DNA from: Narcine bancroftii
Taxonomy: Eukaryota
Direction of reading: 5' to 3'
Assembly (NCBI RefSeq): GCF_036971445.1
Contig: NC_091475.1
Span: 40,300,001 to 40,364,000 of the forward strand
DNA length: 64,000 nucleotides
The notes beneath the pieces are model-generated. The model searched no databases, had not been told where the DNA came from, and saw nothing but the letters and a program-made list of their open reading frames with translations. The stretch's first letter is position 1. Every line of letters starts with the position of its first letter. Shown one piece after another: positions 33,969-48,017 of this stretch. A program made the position numbers and the translations under genes.

Positions 33969-36100
33969 CAACCATTCTCAACCTATGCTTCCCCCCCCCC
34001 CCCCTTTCCAAGTCTCTTCTCAAAGTTTATGCCCCCCCCCCCTTTCCAGGACTCAGCTCAAAGTTTATGCCCCCCCCCTCCTTTCCAGGACTCTGCTCAA
34101 AGTTTATGCCCCCCCCCCCTTTCCAGGATTCTGCTCAAAGTTTATACCCCCCTCCTTTCCAGGACTCTGCTCAAAGTTTATGCCCCCCCCTTTCCAGGAC
34201 TCTGCTCAAAATTTATGCCCCCCTTCCCAGTGAAGCAGACAAGTTTAGTTGGTTTATTCCATACTTCTCTCATACCAATTACAAAAAAAAGACATAAATG
34301 TTACTTGTGGTGAAAAGAAAGAAAAGGCTTTCACTGTGAGGTTACAACTGTGGCTTGTGATTCCAGAGCAAATAAATAGAAAATCATTCTTATTGACCAT
34401 ATAAGAAAGATGAAACATGAACATACATATTACAAAAATATATATTTTTAATTCTTGGAGAAAACTTAAGAAAAAGAGCTTTGAAAATAATTCTTGCCAT
34501 ATGAAAGTTTTGGTGAGATCCTTGAGCTTGATGCTCCTGTACAAGTTTTTGATGTCAGGCTCCATGCTTTTTAAGAAAAGAAACAATGGCTTCCTTACTT
34601 TCAATGAGTTTACCCTGTAAGATCTTGTTCAACAAAGTGAGTTTGTTAAAGTTATCTGCCAGATAGAGTATGTCCGCTTTTGCATCAACGAGTTTTTCTC
34701 CATGCTCGTTATGAGAAAGAAAGGAAACAATTGTGTCCCAGAGTTCAACAAAATGATGAACACGATTCCCTTTGGACAGCCACCTCACTTTGGTATGCAG
34801 CAACAATGTTAGGAAATGTTCGTCATTTTCTTCACACTACTGCTGGAATAAATGGTCTTGAAGGGGATGTGATTTTTATAAAGTTTACATTCTTTTTTAT
34901 AATTGAAAGTGAGGCTTTTAAACATCCTCCTACGTTTTTAGTCACTAAGTGCTCCCTATAAATGATGTAAAGACTGAAGGTATAACATTTTTCATGCATG
35001 TGATGAACCATCTATATTGTCCGAACATTGAAGTGACACCATCAGTTGCACAGGCAACTATGTTCTCAAATGGAATACTGTTCTTGTTTATGTCATTCTT
35101 AACTTCTTTGAAAATCAGTCCCTTAGTATCTGTTTCAATCCTTCTGGCAAACTTCTCTTCCATCAGCTTATTTCCATTCCAGAATCTAGCATAAGCCACA
35201 AGAAGAGGGTTGTTCACTTGCAAAGAGTATTTGTCTTATTGTAAAGAGAATTTCTTGGGATTGGAATGAAATGACTAATTGCTTTTCAATCTCATCTCAT
35301 CATTTCTTCGAGAAACAGTGGAATTACTCAAAGGAATTGCCTGAATAGTTTCTTTGGCATTTAAGTACATGACATCAAATATTATTATGGACACTGAAGG
35401 CAAAATAAGTGACTCAGTTATGTAAATATATTTCCACTTTTAGCTACAATTCACTTTTCTTGTATGATGCAAGAAGGCTCTTTTCTAATTTCTTTCACAT
35501 TTCAGTACCTTGAAAGGGTTTTGTAATAATCCAAAGGTTTATCTTTTTTCTCTTTATATACAGCCTCTAAATATTGTTTCACGTTGCTTGGCCTCATGCT
35601 TTCATTAAAAAATATATTCAAACAAATCAAACACAGAGGCAGAGAAGGGTTTTGCAAAGATATAATGAAACCATATGATAAATATTCTACCAAATACTGC
35701 TGGCACTCTTTTTCCCCCAAGAAACTCATGGGTAAAATTATTTCTGAAAGTAACAAAATTTAATTGTTACAAATCAAAAGTGTGATCACTCAAAAGTTGG
35801 CTTAAATTTTATGGAAAATAATGAACAATACATAACTTCTTTGATAAAAGTTAGCAGAATGAGATATAAATTTACTACCTGTCATGAAAACTTGAAGCAA
35901 AATGAGGGCACATGTGGACGTGAGAAACATGGAGCAAAGCTTTTTGGTCTGCACGCTTATTTCCTGGAATTGAAGATGATTGAACAATTAGAAAAACTAT
36001 GTTGAAGACAATTTTTAGCCAAAGCCGGTTCCATGACAGTCAAACACAATCATGCTGAAGCAAGGAATACTCTGAAAATATTATTAATTTTTCAAAATTA
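33969..36100 (-). mobile_element. hAT-Charlie/Buster (ZBED5/SCAND3-like) transposase fossil
   Basis: QYLVEYLSYGF...PLCLIC...NESMRPSN, ACATDG...M.G, LLHTKVRWLSKG, DILYLAD.F.KL..LN..LQG; many stops and frameshifts; TIR-like caaccattctcaacct at 33969-33984; right boundary approximate. Confidence 0.85.
33985..34230. repeat. Minisatellite of about 35-39 bp (Cn-tttccaggactctgctcaaagtttatg) x6
   Basis: 27-bp core separated by variable C runs. Confidence 0.93.
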
Positions 36101-37565
36101 TCCAGCTCATTCTAGACTGTCTCCAAATGACTCCAACCTTTATAAAAAATCTTGTATTGTTCAGCAACTATACAGCAAAGCCTAACAGCAAAGTCCTTTC
36201 CTTCCCCAAAAAATGTTAAATCCATTCAGTTTCCCCATGTCCCCCTCTACACCTTGGGGACACCCTTATTATGGATTTCAGTCTGCGTTCTCCCACCCAA
36301 TTTAAATGTGCTGTGACCCCCGGGAGAATGGCTGGAGTAGGTGATGGTAGGAAATTCAGGGTGTCGTCAATGGGCATCTTAGAGGGAAATGGGTGGGGGA
36401 ATGGCTTTGTTGTGATTGGTTTGAGAACTGGCATAGATTTGACAGGCTGAACAGGCTGTTATACCAACACAGTTGGGTGATGTTATGGGGCTGTGGGTGA
36501 ATGGACTTTTAACGTCCTGGCTATGTGGTCTAAACATACTTGAGACCAAATTTGGCATTAAGTCGTAAACCACCTGTTTCAGTTTACGACCGATGATTCT
36601 AGGGTGAAAGATGAAGTTGTTGGCTTGGGAACCAGTACCATGCTTTACAACCAGTAGGTTTCGAATTGAGCCTTAGTCTCTGAATTGAAGGTGTGGCCAT
36701 TTATATCAGTCTGCTACTGGAAATATTTTGCTGATGCCCTGGAAGAAATTGGTAATATTTACAGGCAAACAGCCATCACCTTGATGTGATAGTAATTGCT
36801 GAACTGTCTTGGGTAATGTCTATTTAAAACTGGTGATAATGAGAGTAAAATAATATATGTGGAATTTGATGTTTATCCCAAGTTGCTACAAATAATAAGT
36901 ACATTTGTGTGAACTGCATTTGTTATTGTGAAATGAGATTTCTTGCATCACTGGTTATATGTCATCACTAGGTTTACAAGGCCTTTTTTCAATGACTTGC
37001 TTGACATGATTTTATTTGTATACAGTGAAAATGGTGAAGAATTGATGTGTTGAAAAGACCACCTATTAATGATAACTAAACATATGAAAGGGTACAACTT
37101 GCTTTGCTTGCTAAATTAGTAAATTATCTCAACTACCTTTTGCAAAATTGTGGCTAAAGTGTTCAGCAGCGGTTAATATATGTCATGTCGCATTCCTAAC
37201 CTAAGAATGAATTCCAAAATTTGACTAACGTGATTTCTGAGCTGTGACCTTTTCTGTTGAAATATGACCTTTATATCCTGCGTCTAGCTCTAGTCTGAGA
37301 CCAGCTGAAAGGTTGTTGAAACTGTGGGGGCTTTGGATGGACACTTTATGAGCAAGGTTCCAAGTGTTCACATGGATGAAAGAAAAATAGAGGGTTACGG
37401 GGTCAGGAGGGGTTAGTACATTTTGTTAGGAAAGAATATATGGGTCGGTACAACATTGAGGGCCGAAGGGCCTGTACTGTGCTGTAGTATTCTATGTGTC
37501 AGCTGTGGATGGTGTGTCCTGAGGGTGGTGTTTTAGAAGCCACTTTGCACTGTGTTACATGAAGG

Positions 37566-37997
37566 CGCTGGGTAGGTCACGTCTCCAGAATGGAGGACCA
37601 TCACCTTCCCAAGATCGTGTTATATGGCGAGCTCTCCACTGGCCACCGAGACAGAGGTGCACCAAAGAAGAGGTACAAGGACTGCCTAAAGAAATCTCTT
37701 GGTGCCTGCCACATTGACTACCGCCAGTGGGCTGATATCGCCTCAAACCGTGCATCTTGGCGCCTCACAGTTCGGCGGGCAGCAACCTCCTTTGAAGAAG
37801 ACCGCAGAGCCCACCTCACTGACAAAAGACAAAGGAGGAAAAACCAAACACCCAACCCCAACCAACCAATTTTCCCTTGCAACCGCTGTAGCCGTGTCTT
37901 CCTGTCCCGCATCGGACTTGTCAGCCACAAACGAGCCTGCAGCTGACGTGGACATTGCCCCTCCGTAAATCTTCGTCCGCGAAGCCAAGCCAAAGAG
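37566..37997 (+). mobile_element. RTE-clade LINE 3' end with C-terminal C2H2 zinc finger
   Basis: RMEDHHLPKIVLYGEL...RGAPKKRYKDCLK...CNRC...HKRAC*; 9-bp TSD acatgaagg at 37557-37565 and 37998-38006. Confidence 0.9.
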
Positions 37998-39094
37998 ACA
38001 TGAAGGACTGTACGAAAGACTTGGTGCTCATTGTCCGGGTTTGAAAACTGAGCTTTGCCCTTGAAACCACACATCATCAATGATTGATTTTAAAGTTCAT
38101 AATTTTGACCAAGTGCCTGAAGTTGCGGCCTTTCTTGGGCCCTTCAATGACCCTCATTGGTTAGAGTATTGGGTTGGGTGTGCTTCATTGGACATTTAGA
38201 ATTATTCAGACTGTACTTTTATTAAGTTGATTGCTAGGGTGGGACTTTAGCTTCATCTTACAGGTCACGTGCACCACCTCAGTCCAGGGACAGGTTGTTT
38301 GGAGCCACAGGGTATGAACTCGAAACATCAGCAGTTCTGATGCAATCTCTTGACCTGAAAGTTCAACATTTACTTTCCCTGTACTGATGTGGCTCAATCC
38401 GCAGGATCCCTCCGGCAGCTTGTTTTCTGCATAGTTGCTCTGTACAAATCTGTGCTCCCTCCTGTAAAAAGCTTCAATAAGTAGATGCCCAAACAAGGAT
38501 GTTTTTATAGAGGATGGAACTAGAGAATTCATGGTCCCTTTTCACATCAGCTGGATTAAAAGCAACTTTAGTAGAATAGCCTTTGACTCACTTCACCAGA
38601 TATCAGAGTGGCACTATGCAAATAAAAATGGTGCATTGCCTCTTAATGAAAAATCCTGTTTTAATAATGTTTGTCGATGGTTAAATATTGGCTAAGATAT
38701 ACCTCTCCTGTTCTCCAAATCATGCTCTGTGGTTGTGGGATTTTTAGCTCCAATTCAGAACACAGGAAGCCTTTTGGTTTAAAATTTCACCTGAAATTAC
38801 CACTCCTTTTTCACTTCTAATAAGAATGTGTTCTCAATTGAGCTGAGAAGTCTGTTATCTCCATTGCCTAAGTTTGCAAGCACAGGGTACATTTTCATAA
38901 TTTGTTTTGCTGGGTTTGTTTACGTAACAAAAACAAACCTGCCTGTGTTGAAACACTAGCCCAAATCAGACTTTATCCAGAATCCCTACAAAGAGATAAA
39001 TGTTTTTGGAATACCTGCCCTTTCTCAGTCACAAAATGGTAGGTTTGACCCATTTCCCTTGGAGTTGAGATGGGAAGATGGAGTTGAGAGCCGT

Positions 39095-39535
39095 CTAAAT
39101 CAGAATCTGGTTTATTGTCATGAACACGTGTCATGAAATTTGTTGTTTAGTGGCAGCATCATTCTGCATTGCTGTGCAAATATTTCGAGCATTTCTGTAA
39201 ACACACTTTTAAAAATAAATTAGTGCAAAAGAAGAGAAAAAAGTGAGGTAGTGTCTTTAATTTATTGTCCATTCAGAAATCAGATGTCTGTTTTTGTAAG
39301 GGTGGGTGCTCATCTTGAGGGTCTTCTACCTCCTTCCTGATGGTAGCAGTGAGAAGAGGTGATGACGGTCCTCAATGATAGAGTCTGAATGCTTTCTTGA
39401 GACACGGCCTCTTGTAGATGTCGCTGATGGAGTGAAGACTGGTGGCCATGATGGCACTAGCCAAGTTCACAACTCTCTGTAGACTTTTCCCATCCTGTGC
39501 ATTAGCACATCCATACCAGACAGTGATGTCACCAG
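39095..39535 (-). mobile_element. Degraded Rex1-like LINE 3' fragment
   Basis: Similar to 27661-28150 (tcagaatctggtttattgtca tail, cctgatggtagcagtgagaagag, ccataccagacagtgatg). Confidence 0.6.
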
Positions 39536-40816
39536 GCTAGTAACTGATTAATAACTAATTAAATTGTAGGCAGACATGAGATTTGAATGGCATACTGTTC
39601 ATAATAATGTTCCCATACATTTTTGGGTCATAATTTCTTAAACTGGATTTTTTTTTTAAAAAAGATACTTTGCGTGAATTTGGCAGGAGCTTAGAGAAAG
39701 GATGACTTATTTTTAAACATTGAAAAGATTTTCTTTGATTTGTGCGAGTTCTATTTTATTTCTCAAAAGTTGATTTTCTGACCAACCTCTGAATTTTTTG
39801 ACAGTTTATCGTGCATGTTTTTTAAAAAAAAATAGTTATTTAAGAAATAACATTAAAAGACACGGATGGAATTGGCTTTGTTTAATTTCCTTTGGTGCCC
39901 ATTGGTAATTGAAAGCTTCAGCCAAATTGCGGGACACTAATGACACCACTTGAATGAGCGAGAAGAGGTTGGAATGTCTCAGTGAACCAGGGAGCATCCA
40001 TGGAGATAAATGGTCAGACAGGATTTCTCTCCATGGATGCTGCCTAACCTGGGGTGAATCTTTCCAGCATCTCATTATTCACGATTGATCTTTCCAGGCA
40101 CTATGGGCAGGCAGATTGGACAGGACCCTCAACATGTTAATGTTTGAGCAGGTCCAATTTAATGCCTGTGATTTGCTTCAAGCTAGAATTAATGATGGTA
40201 GTCCTGCAAGATTCTATCATAATAACACAGTGTGAGGTGTGCCAGTGCTGGTATATGGAATGAGCAGCTCAGTAAAATGGCCCATCGTTCCATCTAGTCC
40301 ATACTAGTTTCCTTTACCTCACTTTATCTCAACCCATTCTTTATGCTCTCATACTATTACATGACCCTCTCGGATGCATCTCTGCTCTTCACTTAACTTA
40401 CCATAGGCAGTTATACAAGAAATAGGATCAGGAGTGGGCCATTCAGTACCTCGTGTCTGGTCCACTATTCAATAAGATCATTGATCTTCTATCTGAAGGC
40501 TACTTTCCTCCACCTACCTCCATACTCTTAATATCAAAAACCCTAATGGATCTGTCTTAAAGGGTCTTGGTATCTGGGTTGGATCTGTGCAGACTCAGTC
40601 ACTGAGTGCATTCGATTTGCCATTCAAGAAACCGCTTCTCATCTCAGTCCTATCTTGCCAAAATCTTGCTTCCAGGTGATAGCTCTTGATTCTAGGTTTC
40701 AAATCTAGAGCCTAATTGTCACCACTTCATCTACCAACAGTGTCCATCTTCAGGGTAAATGACACATCTAGTTGAGCTGTTGCCTCGCTGCTCCATTGCC
40801 TGTAAGTGTGTCATTA

Positions 40817-41251
40817 GCTCCTTTTAAACTGCAGCACCTGGGTAGCCCACCTGGGACCTGTTTGTGATTACTGAGGCAAAAGTGCTGGAAGCACCTTTCA
40901 AATCGCAGGGGGATTGACCCATTAAATCACCAACCCAGTGATTTAAGGGGAATCCCGCCCCCAAGATGACGTGTCATGCACTCAATGGAAGTATTGCAGG
41001 ATGTTTAGATGCTGGCTGCCTAGTGGCGCACGCACACGAGCGCTGACATCACTGGAATAAGCTGGCCGGCCATTTTCCTGTTCAAATCGCCTGTGGACGT
41101 GACCTAGGTAAGTTAACTGGGTTCGCTGACTACTTGTGAGGTAGATCAGGGACCAGGTTGGATTCTGACGGGGTTGACCGGGTCGGACCCTTTCTAACTG
41201 CTGAGCAATTTGCCTGGTTAACGCCATTTTACGTGGCAGTTTGAAAGGGCC
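40817..41251. mobile_element. PIF/Harbinger-like MITE
   Basis: Imperfect TIRs gctccttttaaactgc ... gcagtttgaaagggcc; CpG-rich interior. Confidence 0.55.
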
Positions 41252-41451
41252 TTTTTCTGAAACTTCACTGTATTATGCCCTGCCCTGCCCCATGTGGCTC
41301 TACCCAGCTGCCTGCTCCCAAGATCCACAGGGAATGCTTTTCTCTCAGGGAGCCCATACCTCCCTCTTGGAAAGTGCAATCCATACAGATGGATTTTATT
41401 TTTATTGATCTCTGGGTTCACATACTGCCGTGGTTTGAACTCTCAGGTTTT

Positions 41452-43153
41452 GTATATAAATTTTTTTATTTTTCACACTATGAACCATATCAATCAAAAT
41501 ACACACAAACATTTCCTTAAATATACACAGTGGCATTTTCTCCCCTTTTTTCTCCCCTACCTTCCCTCCCTCCTTCCCACCCCCCTCCAAACCCATTAAA
41601 CATTCAACATATACAATACAATAAAACCATTAAATAATGTCATCACACAATGAAAATAAACAAGAAAATTGTGTCATCTACTTTTACACAATGGATCAGG
41701 TCATTTTGTCTTCTTCTCATTCTATCATTTTAGGGGGTGGAGGTCCGTGGTATGCCCTCTCTATTGTGTTCCATGTACGGTTCTCAAATTTGTTCAAATA
41801 ATGTGACTTTATTTTTTAAATTGTATGTTTTTTTTTCCAATGGAATACATTTATTCATTTCCATGTTCCATGCTGTAATCTCAGGCTCTCTTCTGATTTC
41901 CAAGTTGACATTATACATTTTTTTTTGCTACAGCTAAGGCTTTCATAATAAATCTTTTTTGCACTTCATCCAGTTTGAGGCCTAATTCTTTACTTCTTGT
42001 ATTACTTAGAAGAAAGATCTCTGGATTTTTTGGTATGTTGCTTTTTGTGATTTTATTTAATACTGATTTAGATCTTCTCAAAACTTTTTCACTTTCACAC
42101 ATGCCCAAATTGCATGTACTGTTGTTCCCGTTTCCTTCTTGCAGCGAAAACATCTATCTGATAATGTTGGATCCCATTTATTTAACTTTTGGGGCGTGAT
42201 ATATAGCCTGTGTAACCATTTATATTGTATCATGCGTAACCTTGTGTTTATTGTATTTTTCATAGTTCCAGAGCATAACTTTTCCCATATTTCATTTTTT
42301 ATCTTTATGTTTAAATCTTTTTCACACTTTTGTTTGGGTTTATAGCTTATTTCATCATTTTCCTTCTATTGCAGCTTGATATACATTTTTGTTATAAATC
42401 TTTTTATTATCGTTGTTTCTGTAATCACATATTCAAAGCTGCTTCCTTCTGGTCATCTCAGTCTGCTTCCCAATTTGTCCTTTAAGTAGGTTTTCAGTTG
42501 GTGGTATGTAAACATTGTACCATGCGTTATTCCATATTTGTACTTAATTTGTTCAAATGTTAATAAATTATTTCCCAAAAAACAATTTTCTATTCTTTTA
42601 ATTCCTTTTCTCTTCCATTCTCTAAAGGAAAGGTTATCTATTGTGAAAGGGATTAGTTGATTTTGCGTGAATAATAATTTTGGTAGTTGGTAATTTGTTT
42701 TTTTCCTTTCTTCGTGAATCATCTTCCATATGTTGAGTAAATGGTTTGTCCAGTAGTGGTAAACTTCTATATTGCACCAGATTTTCAACCCACTTATAAA
42801 GTATATGTTCTGGTACCTTCTCCCCTATTTTATCGAGCTCTATCTTGGTCCAATGTGGTTTTTCCCTTGTTTGATAAAAATCTGATAGATATCTTAATTG
42901 TGCTGCTTTATAATAATTTTTAAAGTTTGGTAGCTGCAAACCACCTTGTTTGTACCATTCTGTTAATTTATCTAGCGCTATTCTCAGTTTTCCCCCTTTC
43001 CATAAGAATTTCCTTATTCTCTTTAGTTCATTGAAGAATTTCTCTGTTAAGGGAATTGGTAACGATTGAAATTGGTATTGTATCCTTGGGAAGACATTCA
43101 TTTTAATGCAATTTACCCTCCCTATCAATGTTAGTGGCAATTCTTTCCAATGG
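41452..43153 (-). mobile_element. 5'-truncated L1
   Basis: ORF2 C-terminal half near-identical to the 30-32 kb L1s; 13-bp TSD actctc(a/t)ggtttt at 41439-41451 and 43154-43166. Confidence 0.92.
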
Positions 43154-43469
43154 ACTCTCTGGTTTTCAGTTTACATCTTTGATAGGACCTATGCAAGTTG
43201 TTGCTGCAGCTTCCCTCTTTGCCTGATGCGGGCTCCTTCCATGACTTGCAGTCCAATGCAGCTGCCTGGATTTTCTAACTGGCTTCTCAAAACAGAGACT
43301 TCATCCAGTTTCATCAAAAAGCTACTTGTATGCTGGCGATCTTTCTGGAAGAATCTGATGTCATCTGGTTCTCTGGGAGGTGGACCTGAACCAACTGCAG
43401 AACGTCCCAGGAGAACACGTCGAGAAAGACTCCCACAATGTTAATACTGGTTGATCTGCTTCTTCCCAG

Positions 43470-43730
43470 CACCAGCTCTCACCTTAGTTGCAGTCTGTGT
43501 GGAGTTTGGACATCCTCCCTGTGACCACGTGGGTTTTCTCTGACATCGAAAGACATACTGGCTGGGAGGTTATTTGGCTGCTCTAAAGTGCTCCTTGTAT
43601 GTAGTGATCAGTGGAATTGAGAGAATGTGAGGAAAATAAAAATGTGGGATTAATGTAGGGTTGGTGTAAATGGGTGACTGTGACAGATCAATGAGGCCTG
43701 TTTCCATTCTGTGTCTCCCTTGGACTTTAT
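43470..43730 (+). mobile_element. Degraded V-SINE
   Basis: gtctgtgtggagtttg..catcctccctgtgaccacgtgggttttctc core. Confidence 0.6.
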
Positions 43731-44509
43731 GACTTGCATTTCCATAACTGTGGTGACACCAGTGTTGGTGCTAGTGCATTGTAGGAAATGCAGTTGCCAG
43801 TTTGTTGACAAGTAGGTCCCACAAGCACCAAAGCTTGGTCGTGAGTAAGTATTGGCCAGTAGTGTCAGGAGAACAGCTCCGCTGTTATTACCTGCTCAGC
43901 AAAGTAGGGTCCCGATTTGCTTCTCATTGGAAACTCCATGGTTCCCAAGATACCGCACTCCATTGCTATAGGGCTGGACTAGCAATTGGGATTGCTGGCT
44001 ATGCAGAAGGACAGGGTCACTCAGCATGGCGTGTTTGGATTTTCGTGGAGGTTTCAAAAGAGTACTCCCAAAATATTGAGCATGGGATGGAGGAAAATAG
44101 GTAGGACCGCATGGGGTAGAGCGGATGATGCTGGAAATGCTCAACAAGGCAAACAGCATTCACAGAGAACCAAAGAGCGTGAATGTTCTGATTAAAGCGC
44201 CACAACCAAAGATGGTAAATTTGTTTCTCTCTCCACAGGGGCTGACTGACCTGCTGAGTGTTTCCAGTATTTTCTGTTTTTGTTTTGTGTTTCTGACAAT
44301 TGTAGTTTCAAAGATGAGTGGGTAAAGTGAGTGTTTTGTTTTCTGAGAATGGAGGAAGTTTTTTGCCAGGAGTAGGAGTAATTTAGTATTGTTTGTTGAT
44401 GAGGGTTCACCAGGAATATGAAACACGGATTGCTTTGGTTGTGAGTCACTTCTGCTGGTGTTTCTGTGCAACCCTTTGGGCAGCTGCACAACTTTGGAGC
44501 CTTGTAAAT

Positions 44510-44750
44510 TGGGGCAGTACAGTTAGGATAGTGGTCAGTGCAACACAGTTACAGTGACCCGGTGCTGTCTGTAAGGAGCTTGTACGCTCTCCCCATGTCT
44601 ATGTGGGTTTCCTTCTGGGTACTCTGGATTTCCCCCCTCCCCATCCTTCAAAACGTACCGGGGTTGTAGGTTAATTGAAATATTTGGGTGGTATGGACTT
44701 GTGGGCTGGTAGGGCATGTTACAGTGCTATATGTCTAAATTTAAAATTTA
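44510..44750 (+). mobile_element. V-SINE (HE1-like)
   Basis: gctgtctgtaaggagcttgtacgctctcccc..tgggtttcc core and A/T-rich tail. Confidence 0.7.
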
Positions 44751-46779
44751 AAAAATTAAACTCTGTAAGATACAATTTTCATGCTTTGGAAACTTACTAG
44801 AGAAAGAACTAACCACACAGAAATGTTTGGCACAGCTAACTAGTTCTGTTATGAAGAATAACCAGGTCAATATTTTAGAAGACCTCAAGTGTTTGTTCAC
44901 TGTGTGACTGGCACAATCTGCTCCAGTGATGCTGTAATCAGATTAAGAGCTGCAAGATGCACACTGATGTCTGTTTTTATCTTTTCTCTGCCCACTTAAT
45001 TCTTGTGGTAAAACTGCAAAATGAATAAATATAAATAACAAACATCTAAATCAGGCTGCCTGTATGATTCCATGCACCATGGAGATTCTGCCAACTTCCA
45101 GGTTTTTCCCACACTTCTAACTGGAACACAACTATTCTGTGCCTGGTAGTTATTCACCTTAGCCGTGGATTCTCCTCATGTTCTTCACTGCTGCGAGGAT
45201 GTGGTTGCATTTATCGCCTTTGCCTCATTGCCTTGAGTGAACAGGGCTTTTCGTGACCAACTGATATATTGTGTTTGCCTTTGGTCATTTCTGGTTGCCC
45301 CATTGCAGGTAGAATGTTGTCGCTTTGGAGAGGGTGCTGAAGAGATTTACCAGGATGTTGCCTGGATTCAAGTGTATGAGCTATGGTGGGAGGTTGGACA
45401 AAGTCAGATTGTTTTCTTTGTAGAGGAGAAACTTGAGAGAAGTTCCTGAAATTATGAGAGGGATTGATATCCTTTTCCCAGGGTAAAATTGTCACACAGA
45501 GGATGTATTCAAGTTGTGGGCACCTGAACATAATAATATTCCATAATATTATTAATTTCAATATTCCTAGAAATGGCAGAACTATCTCTCTCTCTCTCAT
45601 TTGTTGTTTCTTATATCATGATTGTTTTAAATGTATTTTCTGATTTATGGACATAAATGAAACATATTCATTACCTGTTTGATATTTAACTTCTAACTGG
45701 CTTTTTAATGAAGGTTCCCAATCTACCATTGTTTACCAACACCTCAATCCTCTGTTGTCGGCTTTGCTTTGATTTAAAAGACTGGTTTCTGTTTCAGTAA
45801 ATAATTTTAAATTGTTATATAGCATTCTATAATATTATCACTACGTTCTCTAAGATTCCTCAAATACAAGATAATTAATTATCTTTCTCATTGCACAATG
45901 CAAGATCTAAAATAAATGTTCACAACACAGTGATCCAGAAAACCTCTTTGTACACATTGGAATAATTTGTCCTCAACTCTACTGTTGCTGTTTGTTTGCC
46001 AAGTCTACGAGCAGATTAAAGTCCTTATCGTATTACTACCTCTGTTCCATGTATCTCTGATTTTCTGACCTGTGCCGTGACCGCTGTTACATCTCCTGCT
46101 GGTGAGCCCATCGATGTTCGTTGCCCTTTTCTTGATTCCATCTAATTCTCAATTTTCTAAATTAAGATCCTTCCTGTCTTCTTGTAGTCTGCCCTACAAA
46201 TTTCTTTATTGAGCTTGCGCAACTAAAAATTAAATTGGTTGAAATATTTAATTCCCCACCTTGCTCATTTTGAAACTAGTTTCTTTAATGGTGATTGGAT
46301 TGTATCTGTGCTGTCTATTTGCCTGTCTTGCATTCAGATAAAGAGCATTCAACATTGTAATTTTTACCAGATCAGATTCTAACTGGAGGTATATTACTTT
46401 TGTATACTTTGACCACTTTCAACAGACTCTGTTAGCGGTCTTCAATTCACAACCATATGCTACAGTCATAGTAACAGAACAGCACAGTAAAACAGGCCCT
46501 TCTGCCCACTGCATCTATACTGCTGATTTAGTCCATCTCTACTAATTCCCTTTGCCTGTGGCAGGTCTGTATCCTTCTATACTTACCTCTCTCTAAATCC
46601 CTAATTAACCTAGTGATTGCATTTGATTCTCCCAGATCCTCTGGAAGCACATTCCAGATAGCAACCACTTTCTGTGTGTAGAAACAAACAATCCCCTCAG
46701 ATTTCCTCTAAAACTCCTTTAAAGCCGTGTCCTTATTCCTGATACCCTTACCTTGTCCTTTCAACTTTAACTGTTAGCA

Positions 46780-47025
46780 TTAGGGTTAGGACAGTGCTAT
46801 CACAGCACCAGCGACCCTGGTTTGAATTGGCACTGTCTATAAGGAGTTTTTAACCTTGACCCTGGGTCTGCATGGGTTTTCTCTGGGTGCGTGGGTTTCC
46901 TCTCTCTGCTCTGGTTTCCTTCCACCTTTCAAACTGTACAGGGGTTGTAAGTCAATGGGTGTATTTGGGTGGCATGGGCTCATGGGCTGGAAGGGCCTGT
47001 TACTGTCGCATATGTTTAATTTAAT
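46780..47025 (+). mobile_element. V-SINE (HE1-like)
   Basis: Same family as 8440-8621 and 44510-44750. Confidence 0.7.
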
Positions 47026-48017
47026 TTCTACATTTCCATTCATCTCATCCTTTCCATCCCACCCAGCCTCCGACCTGAGTTTGCAGCATTCATCAGAAAC
47101 CTAATCTCAGCTCAACTCGTTTGAAGCCCATCCCTCTTTCCCCAGTACTGTAATATTTCTCTCACACCAATCTTTGAGCCACATTTGAGCCTGATCTTAT
47201 TGACTCTCTGCCAATACGCATATGGCAGTGATCCAGAGGTTATTACCTCACCAACTAAAAAGCAGTTTTGTTTTCTTTGTCACCCTGGTCCTCATGGTGA
47301 ATCAGAGTGTTTAAGTCACACTCCAGAGATAAGAAAAACCATTTACCTTTTGACACTCCCAGCAATGTAGACTTCCTGACACATGGTAAGCCAAGACCTG
47401 TACAAGGAACCCCACCCATGCCAATCTGTTATAACCTTTCACAAAAATGTCATCACATTAATTTTGATCTTGAGCAACATGTTCGGACCGACGGCCATGG
47501 ATAAATCGTGAGGTTTTCAGCTCCAAAAGTTCTCAAGAAGATTGATGTTATCAAGGCCCAGCCATCCACTTCAAGTTCAAATGTATTGCCACGTGTACCA
47601 AGGTGTCTGGTTAATTAACCATTACCTCGTATAGCAAGTAAAACACAGTCCAGAGTGTAGAATTACAGAGACAGATCACTGGGCAAAAAGCAAAGACCAT
47701 ATAACTAGATTGGCACCCTGACCACCACCCTAAACATTAATTCCACTCACCCCACTGGTGCACGGTTGATACAATGGGTGTTGTCTCCAACATTCTCTGC
47801 AATCCCTCTCTTGGTATGATCTCCCAGCCCTGTGAGGTTTACTAGCAAGAAGGATAAGGGCTGTGGGTGTATGGGAGCTCCACTTTCTGAGGGTTCCCAT
47901 CCTGGATGCACTGACTAAATCATAACTTGGAAATATAATATTGCCATTGTTGTAAATCCTGGAACTCCAACCCCACAGTGCTGTGAGAGTATCTTCACCA
48001 GAACAACTGCTGTGGTT

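Noticed and set aside
34250-35760. Domesticated ZBED5/SCAND3-like gene
   Set aside because: The transposase is broken by multiple stops, frameshifts and deletions; it is a fossil.
41011-41030. CTCF-like motif gctgcctagtggcg
   Set aside because: It mismatches the core G-run and sits inside a MITE; too weak to call.
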